Part shown: positions 9,555 through 19,315 of the stretch, in pieces
Numbering within the stretch: the stretch's first letter is position 1
How the letters are laid out: every line of letters begins with the position of its first letter
Made by a program: the position numbers and the translations under genes
NCBI GenBank assembly: GCA_017455905.1
Contig: JAFTLQ010000016.1
Location: 268-64,267 of the forward strand
Length of the DNA: 64,000 nt
Direction: 5' to 3'
Source: Clostridia bacterium
Lineage (GTDB): Bacteria; Bacillota; Clostridia; Oscillospirales; CAG-272
The notes under the pieces: model-generated
The model's input: the letters and a program-made list of their open reading frames with translations, nothing else
Told to the model about the DNA's origin: nothing
Databases searched by the model: none

Positions 9555-10508
9555 ATGTCACAACAGACAAAGGCAGAGACGAAACGTCCTGTACAGCGCT
9601 CTGAGATGACAAAGCTTCAATGGACATGGAAAGAGATCAAGCGGAACAAGACGGCTTACTTCATGATCGCGCCGTTCATGCTTCTGTTTATCGTCTTTAC
9701 CGTCCTTCCTGTGCTTTTGTCCATCCTGCTGAGCTTTACGGACTTCAACATGCTGCAGATGCCGGGCTGGCAAGGACTGTCCAACTACACGCGACTGTTC
9801 CTCGAGGACGAGATCTTCCTGCTTGCATGTAAAAATACGCTGGTGTTTGCCTGCATCACCGGTCCCGTATCCTATTTGCTTTCCCTTTTGCTTGCATGGT
9901 TTATCAACGAGCTTCCGCCCAAGCTCCGTGCGGTCGTTACGCTGGTCTTCTATGCGCCCTCCATTTCCGGTCAGGTCTACCTGATCTGGAAAACGCTGTT
10001 CTCCTCCGACTCGTACGGCTGGGTGAACGCAACGCTGATCAATTTAGGCATTACGTCGGAGGCGATCCTGTACTTCGAGGATGCCAACTGGGTCATGGGT
10101 CTTTGTATCGTGGTTGCTCTTTGGACATCCCTCGGTACAGCGTTCCTGTCCTTCATCGCCGGCTTCCAGACCATCGACCGCTCGATGTATGAGGCTGCCA
10201 GCGTGGACGGAATCAAAAACCGTTGGCAGGAGCTTTGGTACATCACGCTGCCGACGATGCGTCCGCAGCTAATGTTCGGTGCCGTTTTGGCCATTACGCA
10301 GTCCTTCGGTTTTGGTGCGGTCGTTACCAACCTTTGCGGATTCCCGTCGGTGGACTACGCGGCGCATACGATCATGCACCATTTGGACGACTACGGCGGT
10401 CAACGATATGAGATCGGTTATGCCTCCGCCATCGCCGTTATTCTCTTCGTCATCATGTTCGCATGTAACATCTTGATCAAGAAAGCTCTTGCAAAGGTAG
10501 GTGAGTAA
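9555..10508 (+). CDS. carbohydrate ABC transporter permease (MalF/UgpA-like)
   Basis: Six predicted TM segments. The EAA-loop region is MYEAASVDGIKNRWQELWYITLPTMRP. RBS is aaggag. Confidence 0.85.
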   Translation: MSQQTKAETKRPVQRSEMTKLQWTWKEIKRNKTAYFMIAPFMLLFIVFTVLPVLLSILLSFTDFNMLQMPGWQGLSNYTRLFLEDEIFLLACKNTLVFACITGPVSYLLSLLLAWFINELPPKLRAVVTLVFYAPSISGQVYLIWKTLFSSDSYGWVNATLINLGITSEAILYFEDANWVMGLCIVVALWTSLGTAFLSFIAGFQTIDRSMYEAASVDGIKNRWQELWYITLPTMRPQLMFGAVLAITQSFGFGAVVTNLCGFPSVDYAAHTIMHHLDDYGGQRYEIGYASAIAVILFVIMFACNILIKKALAKVGE

Positions 10509-10510
10509 GC

Positions 10511-11392
10511 GTGGCAAAAGAAAAGAAATTACGAATCCGCGGTCACCGCGTCGTTCTCAACCGTTCGACGGGCGGCGACCTTGGTATCACCTTACTCCTT
10601 GCCGTGTTCGGCGTCTTCATGTTCTTCCCGATGTACTACGTCGTGATTCAGTCCCTGAAGCCGCTTGACGAGTTGTTTATGTTCCCTCCGAAGTTTTACG
10701 TTATCAATCCTACCTTTGATAACTTCTCGGATCTGTTCAAGCTGATGGGTGACTCCTGGGTCCCCTTCTCGCGGTACATATTCAACACGGTATTCATCAC
10801 GCTGTGCGGTACGGTTGGTAACCTTATCTTTGCGTCGATGGCTGCGTATGCGCTGTCCAAGCTGCATTTCCCCGGCCGTAACGCGATCTTCCAGCTGATC
10901 GTCATGTCGCTGATGTTCCACTCCACCGTTAACCAGGTCACGCACTTTATCATCCTGTCCGCCTTCGGTTGGATTGATACGTATCTTTCGATCATCGTTC
11001 CTTCCATGGCAACGACGATGGGTCTGTACCTGATGAAGCAGTTCATGGAATCGTCGGTTCCCGACACGGTCCTTGAATCGGCACGTCTTGACGGTGCGAG
11101 CGAATTCCGTACCTATCTGACCATCGCCATGCCCATGGTTAAGCCTGCCTGGATGACGCTGATCATTGAGTGCTTTAAAACTCTTTGGAACACGGGTGCA
11201 TCGATCTACATCCATTCCGAGGAGCTGAAAACGTTTAACTACGCCATCAACCAGATCGTATCCGGCGGTATCGCCCGTTCGGGCGCCGGCGCCGCGGCCC
11301 TCGTCGTTATGATGCTTGTGCCGATCATCGTCTTCGTTCTGAACCAGAGCCAGATCGTTGAAACGATGGGATCCTCCGGTATGAAGGATTAA
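10511..11392 (+). CDS. carbohydrate ABC transporter permease (MalG/UgpE-like)
   Basis: The GTG start lies 2 nt after the upstream stop. The EAA-loop is LESARLDGASEFRTYLTIAMPMVKP. It is a multi-TM protein. Confidence 0.85.
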   Translation: MAKEKKLRIRGHRVVLNRSTGGDLGITLLLAVFGVFMFFPMYYVVIQSLKPLDELFMFPPKFYVINPTFDNFSDLFKLMGDSWVPFSRYIFNTVFITLCGTVGNLIFASMAAYALSKLHFPGRNAIFQLIVMSLMFHSTVNQVTHFIILSAFGWIDTYLSIIVPSMATTMGLYLMKQFMESSVPDTVLESARLDGASEFRTYLTIAMPMVKPAWMTLIIECFKTLWNTGASIYIHSEELKTFNYAINQIVSGGIARSGAGAAALVVMMLVPIIVFVLNQSQIVETMGSSGMKD

Positions 11393-11404
11393 GGAGGAGA
11401 TATT

Positions 11405-13636
11405 ATGAAAAAGACAATGAAAAACCTCATACTCCTCCTGCTCATCGCTACTGTGCTTTGCAGCTGCCTGTTTGTCGGATCGGCTTCGGCCTACGAATCG
11501 TATTCGACGTACACCTACGATATTGACGGTAACATCGTGCAGTCGCCTGCCGCGTATTCGGCCGGTATGCCGTACGATTCCTACACGATGGGCCTTGACA
11601 AGAATTTCGGCGGAAAGCTGATTTCCAACAGTACCGACATTTTTGCCGATGCGGACGGGTATGTGTATATTGCCGATCAGGGTAAAGCGACCGACACGAC
11701 CGATATGGGACGTGTGGTCATCCTCGACCAGGCATACAAAGCGATCCGCACCATTTCCACCTACGTGGATGAGTACGGCCGCGATCAGCAGCTGAATCAT
11801 CCCCGCGGTCTGTACGTCACCAACCCCGCGCTCAGCGCCGATGAGAATGCGGAAAAGGAGATCTACGTTTGCGACACCGATAATGCCGGTGAGGGACGTA
11901 TCGTTATCTTTAACGCAAACGGTGAGTACAAGCGAACCATCGATTATCCCAACCACGCTCTTCTGTTGAACACCGAATTCCGTCCGAATGCGATCGCAGT
12001 CGATAAATATAACCGTATTTTCTGCGTATCGCCTACCTGCCGTAAGGGCGTTATCGTTCTTTCGAGCGAGGGTGAATTTACCGGCTTTATCGGTGCGCAG
12101 AAGGTTTCCGGCTCCGTTTGGGACCGTATTCTTCGCCGCTTTAAGTCGGCAGAGGACCGTGAGGAAACGATCATTACGCAGTCGGACCTGTACTGCAACA
12201 TTACGGTCGATGACGACGGATTCATCTATGTTTGCTCCGAGACGGACTCTTCCAATGCGGAGGCACGCCTTGCCAATCTGAGAACCAAGGATGCGGCGAA
12301 GTCTCCCGTGAAAAAGCTCAACTCCTCGGGTGCCCAGATCATGAACCGTAACGGCTTCTTTGATCCGAGCGGTGAGGTAACGAATTTCCAGGGTGCTCTT
12401 TCCAACATCGTCGATATCGCGGTTGGTCCCGAGGGCACGTGGTCGATCCTTGACGATTCGCGCGGACGTGTGTACACGTATAGCGCCAACGGCGAGCTTC
12501 TGTACGTGTTCGGCGATATCGGTGACTCCTTCGGAACCGCTGAATCCGTAGCGGCACAGGGAATTACCTATCAGAAAACGGTCGATACGGACGGAAACGT
12601 TTCTTATGTCCTGCTCATGCTCGATAAGGGAACGGTTTCCATGAAGATCCTGCCGTATACTCCCACGCCGTATTGCGATACGATCATGGAAGCCTTGGCT
12701 TGCGAGAACCGTAACGAATACGAGGGCGCAGAGGATTACTGGCAGGAGGTCAAGACGAAGAACAACAACTTTGACTTGGCGTATATCGGTATCGGTAAGG
12801 CTCTGTACAGCCAGGGTCGCTACGATGAGGCGATGGAGATCCTCGAAAAGGCGTATGAGACGCAGTACTATGCGCTGGCCTTCTCGGAAACGCTGTCCGA
12901 CGTTATCGGTCGGTGGCTACTTCTCATCCTCGTCGGCGTGATCGCCGTATGCGTTCTGCTTGCCAAGTTCCTTGGCTACGCGAAGCGTAAGAACAAGGCA
13001 ACGTCGCTTAAGGTCGGACGCAAGAGCTACGGGGAAGAGCTGCTATACGTCTTCCACCTCGTCTTCCACCCCTTCGACGGCTTCTGGGATCTGAAGCACG
13101 AAAAGCGCGGCTCCATGCGCGCGGCGTGGACGATCCTCGGCATTACCGCCTTGGCTCTGTTCTACAACTCGATCGGTAAGGCATACATCTTCAACCCGCG
13201 TGGCGGTTACACCATCATCACGGCGTCGACGATCGGTCTTATCCTGCTCGTCGTCCTTTGGGTAACGGGTAACTGGTGTCTTACGACGCTGTTCGACGGC
13301 GAGGGTAGCTACAAGGATGTCTTTATTGCCAGCTGCTACGCCATCGCTCCTATGTCCGTTATCTATGTTATCAGCACGCTGCTCACCAACGTTCTGACGG
13401 ACAGCAGCATCATCAATCTGCTGATCGGCATAGGCCTCGTGTGGTCCGGCTTCTTACTGTTCTTCGGTATGCAGGTCACACACGACTACTCGCTTGGAAA
13501 GAACGTTTTGATCACCATTTGTACCATCGTTGCCATGGTCGTTATCATGTTCGTGGCTCTGCTGTTTACAACGCTGATGACCAAGATGGTTTCCTTCTTT
13601 ATCACACTCTTCACCGAGATCGGTGACCGTATATAA
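11405..13636 (+). CDS. secreted NHL-repeat beta-propeller + TPR + C-terminal Yip1-like 5-TM domain protein
   Basis: There is a signal peptide. Repeated NHL-like blades are visible: YVYIADQG...GRVVILD, IYVCDTDNAGEGRIVIFNANGEY, NRIFCVSPTCRKGVIVLSSEGEF, GRVYTYSANGELLYVFG. A TPR-like segment follows (LAYIGIGKALYSQGRYDEAMEILEKAYE). The protein ends with about 5 TM helices preceded by FHPFDGFWDLKHEKRGS, as in bacterial YIP1-family proteins. Confidence 0.65.
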   Translation: MKKTMKNLILLLLIATVLCSCLFVGSASAYESYSTYTYDIDGNIVQSPAAYSAGMPYDSYTMGLDKNFGGKLISNSTDIFADADGYVYIADQGKATDTTDMGRVVILDQAYKAIRTISTYVDEYGRDQQLNHPRGLYVTNPALSADENAEKEIYVCDTDNAGEGRIVIFNANGEYKRTIDYPNHALLLNTEFRPNAIAVDKYNRIFCVSPTCRKGVIVLSSEGEFTGFIGAQKVSGSVWDRILRRFKSAEDREETIITQSDLYCNITVDDDGFIYVCSETDSSNAEARLANLRTKDAAKSPVKKLNSSGAQIMNRNGFFDPSGEVTNFQGALSNIVDIAVGPEGTWSILDDSRGRVYTYSANGELLYVFGDIGDSFGTAESVAAQGITYQKTVDTDGNVSYVLLMLDKGTVSMKILPYTPTPYCDTIMEALACENRNEYEGAEDYWQEVKTKNNNFDLAYIGIGKALYSQGRYDEAMEILEKAYETQYYALAFSETLSDVIGRWLLLILVGVIAVCVLLAKFLGYAKRKNKATSLKVGRKSYGEELLYVFHLVFHPFDGFWDLKHEKRGSMRAAWTILGITALALFYNSIGKAYIFNPRGGYTIITASTIGLILLVVLWVTGNWCLTTLFDGEGSYKDVFIASCYAIAPMSVIYVISTLLTNVLTDSSIINLLIGIGLVWSGFLLFFGMQVTHDYSLGKNVLITICTIVAMVVIMFVALLFTTLMTKMVSFFITLFTEIGDRI

Positions 13637-13651
13637 GCAGGAGGTATGTAT

Positions 13652-16600
13652 ATGAAATTTAAAAAGTTAATATCAACTGCTTTGATTGCGGCTTCTGTTT
13701 TCACCTGTGTGGCTGCCGCTATGCCGATCAAGGCATCTGCGGCGTATTCCGACGTGACGCATACGACCAACGACGCGACGACGGCTGCTAACGCAAAGGA
13801 GGCTGTAGCCTCCATTGCCGGACGGTATTCGTACGAGACCGCTGAGGAAATGCTGAACACCGAGCTCGCCGCCGGTTATCTCGATTCCTGTCAGATGACG
13901 AATGATAACGGCGAGGTGTACACGGTGTACGTCAACCGTTATACCGGTATGATGTATTACGTCAATGGGACGACCGGTCAGATCCTGACCTCCAATCCGT
14001 ATGACACCAACATCATTTCGGTATCGGGCGATGCAGATAAAAACATCTACGTACAGCAGCTGAAGAGCCAGATCCTTCTTACTTATACGCCGAATTCGCA
14101 GATGACGGACAACACCGTGCTTCTTTCGAGCTATCAGGCTGCGGTCGTTGACCGTTACCAGATCAGCGTAACGCCGATCGCCAACGGTCTGCGTGTCAAC
14201 TACACCTTGGGTGATACCAGCCGCCGTCCTCTGTTCCCTTACGGTATTACGTACGAAGAGTACTACGAGAATTTCTTCAGCCCTATTTACAATGACCTGA
14301 TGGAGCTTCTCGGACAGTATTCGACCGACCGTACCAAATACGACTTCTTTGCCATCGATACCTTCAACGGTGAGCCTACGATCACCCATGGCGGTATTTA
14401 CAACCACGCAACGTTCAAGGACTTTTGCGCAACCAGCAGCGCCGGCTCGGGTGCCATGGGAAGCACGAAGGTCATGGGTGTCATTGCCGATGCGATCGAT
14501 CGTTACATGATACGCGATCCCGAGGCACAGGCACAGGCGAAGGAGCTGCTGGCGGGATTAAGCGCCCTTGTCCAGTCGTACGCGGTGCAGAACCCGTACG
14601 AGCATTCTGAGAACTGGAATGAAAAGCTGCTGGAGACGATGTACGCGACGTATCCCATCACGCAAGGACAAAAGCTGTATGATTACGAGGATGACGTCGT
14701 TATCATGACGGTCAACAGCACGGATGCCATTGCCAAGGAGACCCATAAAAGGGTCGCGAGATGGATCCGCGCCTACTGCCCCGATTACACCTTTGCCATG
14801 ATGTACGATTCCGAGGAAGCGTGCAACGTTACCGTTGCGGAAACCGACAAGCCCGTCTTCCGTTGCGCGATCGAGTATCGTCTGGATACGGACGGAACGC
14901 TTCTCGTTTCGTTGCCTGCCAGCTCGATCTCCTTTGATGCAACCAAGTATACGCTTCGTTCCATTTCCGTCCTTCCGTATTTTGGCGCCGGTAACGTCAA
15001 TGATGAAAACGGCTACGCCTTCTATCCCGACGGAAGCGGTACCGTCATTGAATTTAATGATTTCTATAATGACCTTGTCAAGGAAACCATTAACAGAAGC
15101 TCCTCCGTCTACGGAGAGGATTACTGCTATTCCAATATCAACGGTAAGCTCAAGAAGCCGATCACGATGCCGGTGTACGGTGTTGTGAACGACGTTCCCG
15201 CAAACCAGACCACGATCGACACCTTTGAACTTGATGCCGAAGCGACCGTGACCAACGGATATTTCTGCATCATGGAGGAGGGTGCTTCGCTGGCAACGTT
15301 TAACGTCAACATGTATAATTCGATCGCATACCTTGGTATGTATTCGTCTTATACACCTTACGCCGTGGATAGCTTCGACCTGTCGTCCATGATCGCCTCG
15401 GCTACCTCCGATCTGTATTACATTACGTCCGAGGTTCCGTATAGCGGCTCGTATACGCAGCGCTTTGTGATGCTGCGTGACGCCGATCTCAATCCTACGC
15501 AGGATGCGTACGTGTCCTCGTATATCGGCATGGCGAATTACTATCGTGACTACCTGGAGGCAAACGGCGTTCTCAAGGCGCTGACCGAGGCCGACATAAC
15601 GGAGCAGATGCCTCTGTATATCGAAACGCTCGGTTCGATGGAGATCGACGATACCTTTTTGACCTTCCCCATCAAGCGCGACATTCCCCTGACGAGCTTC
15701 GAGGATATCGAAACGATGTACAAGGATCTGCTGGCAGTTGGCATCAAGAACGTCAACTTCCGCATGACCTCCTTCGCCAACGGCGGTATGTATGCGACCT
15801 ATCCCGTCAAGCTTCGCTGGGAGCGCGCCTGCGGCGGCAAGCGTGATTTCAAGGCGCTTGTCGAATACGCCAACAGCCTGTCGAAGGAAAACGGGGAAGT
15901 GCTTGGTCTGTATCCCGAGTTTGACTTCATGTATATCAATTACACCTCGCTCTTTGACGGTATCGGACGCAAGAACAACGTGTCCCGCATGCTGGATAAC
16001 CGCTACGCGGTACAGCGTGTGCTGGATTCCTCGACCAATACGATGACGGACAGCTTCAGCGCCGTAATTGCTGCTGAGGCGCTCGAAAAGCTGTACACCA
16101 AGTTCAACAAGAAGTATCAGAAGTACGACGTGACGGGACTGTCCGTGTCGACGATGGGATCGGATCTCAGCTCCAACTTTGACGAGGAGGCACCCGTCGA
16201 TCGCGAGCAGCAAATGCACAACGTCATGGCAACGCTCAAGACGATGTCGGAACGCTATTCGCTGATGATGGATACGGGTAACGCGTATGTGCTCAGCTAT
16301 GCGGATCACCTGCTCAACGTCAGCATCGATTCCAGCCATTTCCGTACGTCCTCGTACTCGGTGCCCTTCCTTGGTATGGTGCTTCACGGATACGTGAACT
16401 ATACCGGTACCGCGCTGAACAATTCCGGTGCTCCCGAATACGATATTCTTCGCAGCATTGAAAACGGTGCATCCCTGTACTACATTCTTTGCTACCAGAA
16501 CATCGAGCATATGAAGGAGTACGAGGTTACCAGCAAGTACTACAGTGTTGACTATCAGAACTGGTTCGACGACATGGTCGAAAATTACAAGAAGGTCAAC

Positions 16601-17251
16601 GCTGCGATCGGCGGCGATCTGCAGACCTACAAGATCACCGACCACAAGCTTCTGATTGGTGAGCGCGTCGTCAGCGCCGAAGAGCGCCGTGCGTTCTATC
16701 GGGAGCTGGCCGATGAATACATCACGATGATCGAAACGCAGCTGAAGCAGACCATTGACCGCGAGCTGGCGTACCTTCAGATGACCGGCAGCGATAAGTC
16801 GCTCGGCATTACGGTGGATCAGGACGCTCTGTATGCGCAGTTTGTCGCAGACCTGATGCTGGACAGTGAGGATCCGCGCTACGCGCTTGAAGAGGCATTC
16901 AAGACGGAGCTGACCGAGAACTTTGTCGAGCAGCTGGCCACCCTGGTTGCTCCGTATGAAGCGGAGTATCCCGTGGATGATACGGTCGTCGAGATCACGT
17001 TCGATGCGATCAACTATCAGCCGCAAAACAACTATCTGACGTCCTCTGAGGCTACCGACGGCAACGCCTACGAGACGACGGTATTCACAAGCGATAACGG
17101 TAATATCGTTATGGTTACGTATTCGAACGATGCAGGAGAGGCAACGTCCTTCCTTCTTAACTACAACATCTTCTCGGTCACGGTAACCTTCGACGGTAAG
17201 ACCTACACGCTTGGCAAGTATGAATTTAAGCCGATCGAAGGGGGGGTATAA
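13652..17251 (+). CDS. about 1200-aa secreted protein of unknown function (possibly DUF5696-like)
   Basis: AGGAGG at 13639-13644 favours the ATG at 13652 over the one at 13646. The signal peptide is MKFKKLISTALIAASVFTCVAAAMPIKASA. I could not read any catalytic motif. The DUF5696 suggestion comes only from my memory of similar ABC/YIP1 neighbourhoods and is unverified. Confidence 0.6.
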   Translation: MKFKKLISTALIAASVFTCVAAAMPIKASAAYSDVTHTTNDATTAANAKEAVASIAGRYSYETAEEMLNTELAAGYLDSCQMTNDNGEVYTVYVNRYTGMMYYVNGTTGQILTSNPYDTNIISVSGDADKNIYVQQLKSQILLTYTPNSQMTDNTVLLSSYQAAVVDRYQISVTPIANGLRVNYTLGDTSRRPLFPYGITYEEYYENFFSPIYNDLMELLGQYSTDRTKYDFFAIDTFNGEPTITHGGIYNHATFKDFCATSSAGSGAMGSTKVMGVIADAIDRYMIRDPEAQAQAKELLAGLSALVQSYAVQNPYEHSENWNEKLLETMYATYPITQGQKLYDYEDDVVIMTVNSTDAIAKETHKRVARWIRAYCPDYTFAMMYDSEEACNVTVAETDKPVFRCAIEYRLDTDGTLLVSLPASSISFDATKYTLRSISVLPYFGAGNVNDENGYAFYPDGSGTVIEFNDFYNDLVKETINRSSSVYGEDYCYSNINGKLKKPITMPVYGVVNDVPANQTTIDTFELDAEATVTNGYFCIMEEGASLATFNVNMYNSIAYLGMYSSYTPYAVDSFDLSSMIASATSDLYYITSEVPYSGSYTQRFVMLRDADLNPTQDAYVSSYIGMANYYRDYLEANGVLKALTEADITEQMPLYIETLGSMEIDDTFLTFPIKRDIPLTSFEDIETMYKDLLAVGIKNVNFRMTSFANGGMYATYPVKLRWERACGGKRDFKALVEYANSLSKENGEVLGLYPEFDFMYINYTSLFDGIGRKNNVSRMLDNRYAVQRVLDSSTNTMTDSFSAVIAAEALEKLYTKFNKKYQKYDVTGLSVSTMGSDLSSNFDEEAPVDREQQMHNVMATLKTMSERYSLMMDTGNAYVLSYADHLLNVSIDSSHFRTSSYSVPFLGMVLHGYVNYTGTALNNSGAPEYDILRSIENGASLYYILCYQNIEHMKEYEVTSKYYSVDYQNWFDDMVENYKKVNAAIGGDLQTYKITDHKLLIGERVVSAEERRAFYRELADEYITMIETQLKQTIDRELAYLQMTGSDKSLGITVDQDALYAQFVADLMLDSEDPRYALEEAFKTELTENFVEQLATLVAPYEAEYPVDDTVVEITFDAINYQPQNNYLTSSEATDGNAYETTVFTSDNGNIVMVTYSNDAGEATSFLLNYNIFSVTVTFDGKTYTLGKYEFKPIEGGV

Positions 17252-17254
17252 GCC

Positions 17255-18220
17255 ATGAAATTTCCGAAGCTTTCCAATTTGCCGAAGCTTAAGCTGAAGG
17301 CGGCGTCCCTTGACGCACGTAAGGCAAGATCGGGTTATCTGTTCGTGCTTCCTTTCCTGATCGGTATCCTTGCGATCTACCTTCCCATCCTGCTGGACTC
17401 CGTTTGGTTCAGCTTTAACGATCTGAAGTATTCCGCAGACGGCATTTCGCTGGTTCCCGTCGGCTTTGAATACTACCAGTTAGCCTTTAAGACCGAGACC
17501 TTTACCACCGCACTTCTGAACAGCCTGCAGACGCTTCTGTTCCAGGTGCCGGCCATCCTCATTTTCTCCCTGTTTATTGCCGTTATCCTCAACCAGAAGA
17601 TGCTGGGACGTGCTATGTTCCGTGCCATCTTCTTCGTGCCGGTTATTATTTCGACCGGTCTTATGGATACGATCAGCATGATGGACGTATCGCAGGATAT
17701 GGTCGACTCTTCGATGGAAGGCGTTATGTCCGGTACGGGACAAGAGGGCTCCAGCTCTGCCGGAGACCTGTTCAGTGCCATGGACGTGGCCGTTCTGCTC
17801 AATTATCTGCCGATCGGTGCCTCGATGGTTGAGTTCGTTGTCCAGCTGGTCAACAGCGTGTTCGACATCGTTAACTATTCGGGTGTTCAGATGCTGATCT
17901 TCCTTGCCGGTCTGCAGTCGATCTCTCCCTCCATTTACGAGGCTTGTCAGATCGAGGGTGCGACCGCGTGGGAGACCTTCTGGAAGGTCACCTTCCCGAT
18001 GATCTCGCCGATGATCCTGGTTAACGCCTTCTATACGATCATTGACTCGTTTACGCGTGATACCAGTGAGGTCATGCAGTTCATCAGCGGATACGTGGCG
18101 ACCGGTGGTGCCTCGATGCGTACGGCTATGTCGTGGATCTACTTCCTGATCGTGTTCCTGATCATCGCCGTGGTCGGCGGTATATTGTCCTCGTTCATCT
18201 TCTATCAGAGACGAGATTAA
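17255..18220 (+). CDS. carbohydrate ABC transporter permease, second pair (MalF-like)
   Basis: Multi-TM protein. The EAA-loop is IYEACQIEGATAWETFWKVTFPMISP. It starts 3 nt after the upstream stop. Confidence 0.85.
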   Translation: MKFPKLSNLPKLKLKAASLDARKARSGYLFVLPFLIGILAIYLPILLDSVWFSFNDLKYSADGISLVPVGFEYYQLAFKTETFTTALLNSLQTLLFQVPAILIFSLFIAVILNQKMLGRAMFRAIFFVPVIISTGLMDTISMMDVSQDMVDSSMEGVMSGTGQEGSSSAGDLFSAMDVAVLLNYLPIGASMVEFVVQLVNSVFDIVNYSGVQMLIFLAGLQSISPSIYEACQIEGATAWETFWKVTFPMISPMILVNAFYTIIDSFTRDTSEVMQFISGYVATGGASMRTAMSWIYFLIVFLIIAVVGGILSSFIFYQRRD

Positions 18221-18238
18221 AGGAAAGGAGTTACAATC

Positions 18239-19282
18239 ATGGAATCAACACCGATTATTACCAAAGAGACCAAGAACCGTCTTGTCGTTGACTATGAAGG
18301 TAAGCTTTCCTTTAAGGAACGTCTGCTTCGAAAGCTAAAGACCTCAAACACGTGGATCAAGGTACTGATCAACATCTTCCGCTTCATCTTTATGCTGGGC
18401 GTATCGTATGTTATCATTTACCCCTTCATCTCCAAGATCGCCAACTCCTTTATGACGGTTGGTGATATCGTGGATACGACGGTCATTTTCATCCCGAAGA
18501 ACTTTACGACGGAGATCTATCGGTATATCTTTACCGAGAACCATTACCTGGAGGCATTCTTCAACACGGTGCTTCTCTCCCTCATGTGCGCGATCATTCA
18601 GACGTTTATCGCCGCCATCGTTGGATACGGCATTGCAAAGTTTAAGTTCAAGGGCAACAAGATCGTTTCTGCATTCGTTATCATAACGATGGTCATTCCG
18701 CACAGCGCATTGGAGCTTGCTCTGATCCAGCACTTCACGAACTTCGATATTTTCCAGGTCATTTCGTGGAACTATCCCAGTATTCTGGAGCTGATCACCG
18801 GCGGTCCTCTGAAGCTGCAGGGAACCTTCTGGCCGATGGCGATCCTGTCCTTCTGCGGCCTTGGCTTCAAAAACGGCTTGTACATCTACATGATGCGCCA
18901 GTTCTTCAAGGGCGTTCCCGATGAGCTGGAGGAGAGTGCTTACGTAGACGGCTCGGGCGTGTTCCGTACCTTCTTCCAGATCATTCTTCCTCTGTCCGTC
19001 CCGATGATGATCACGATCTTCCTGTTCGCCTTCTCCTGGCAGTGGACCGACGGCTTCTATACCGAGATCTTCTTCATGAACCAGGATACCGTGCGTCTGA
19101 TGCCCGACGTATATCAGAACATTCCGAAGTCGCTGGCTACCGACTTCTCGGGTACCACGCTGTATAACAGCGTTATCCGTAACACGGCCGGCCTGATGAT
19201 CATCGCTCCGCTCCTTGTCGTATATCTCTTCTGTCAGAAATATCTCGTACAGGGTATCGAGCGTTCGGGTCTTGTCGGTTAA
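18239..19282 (+). CDS. carbohydrate ABC transporter permease, second pair (MalG-like)
   Basis: Multi-TM protein. The EAA-loop is LEESAYVDGSGVFRTFFQIILPLSVP. RBS is aaaggag. Confidence 0.85.
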   Translation: MESTPIITKETKNRLVVDYEGKLSFKERLLRKLKTSNTWIKVLINIFRFIFMLGVSYVIIYPFISKIANSFMTVGDIVDTTVIFIPKNFTTEIYRYIFTENHYLEAFFNTVLLSLMCAIIQTFIAAIVGYGIAKFKFKGNKIVSAFVIITMVIPHSALELALIQHFTNFDIFQVISWNYPSILELITGGPLKLQGTFWPMAILSFCGLGFKNGLYIYMMRQFFKGVPDELEESAYVDGSGVFRTFFQIILPLSVPMMITIFLFAFSWQWTDGFYTEIFFMNQDTVRLMPDVYQNIPKSLATDFSGTTLYNSVIRNTAGLMIIAPLLVVYLFCQKYLVQGIERSGLVG

Positions 19283-19315
19283 CGGCTCGTCCGACAAAGT
19301 GAGACTCTACCCCAA

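Noticed and set aside
14558-17026. 822-aa ORF on the minus strand inside the 1200-aa secreted-protein gene
   Set aside because: It is antisense to a gene with a strong RBS, signal peptide and operon context. Its composition is Arg/Gly/His/Val-rich and low-complexity, which is typical of spurious antisense frames in high-GC coding DNA. No RBS is present.
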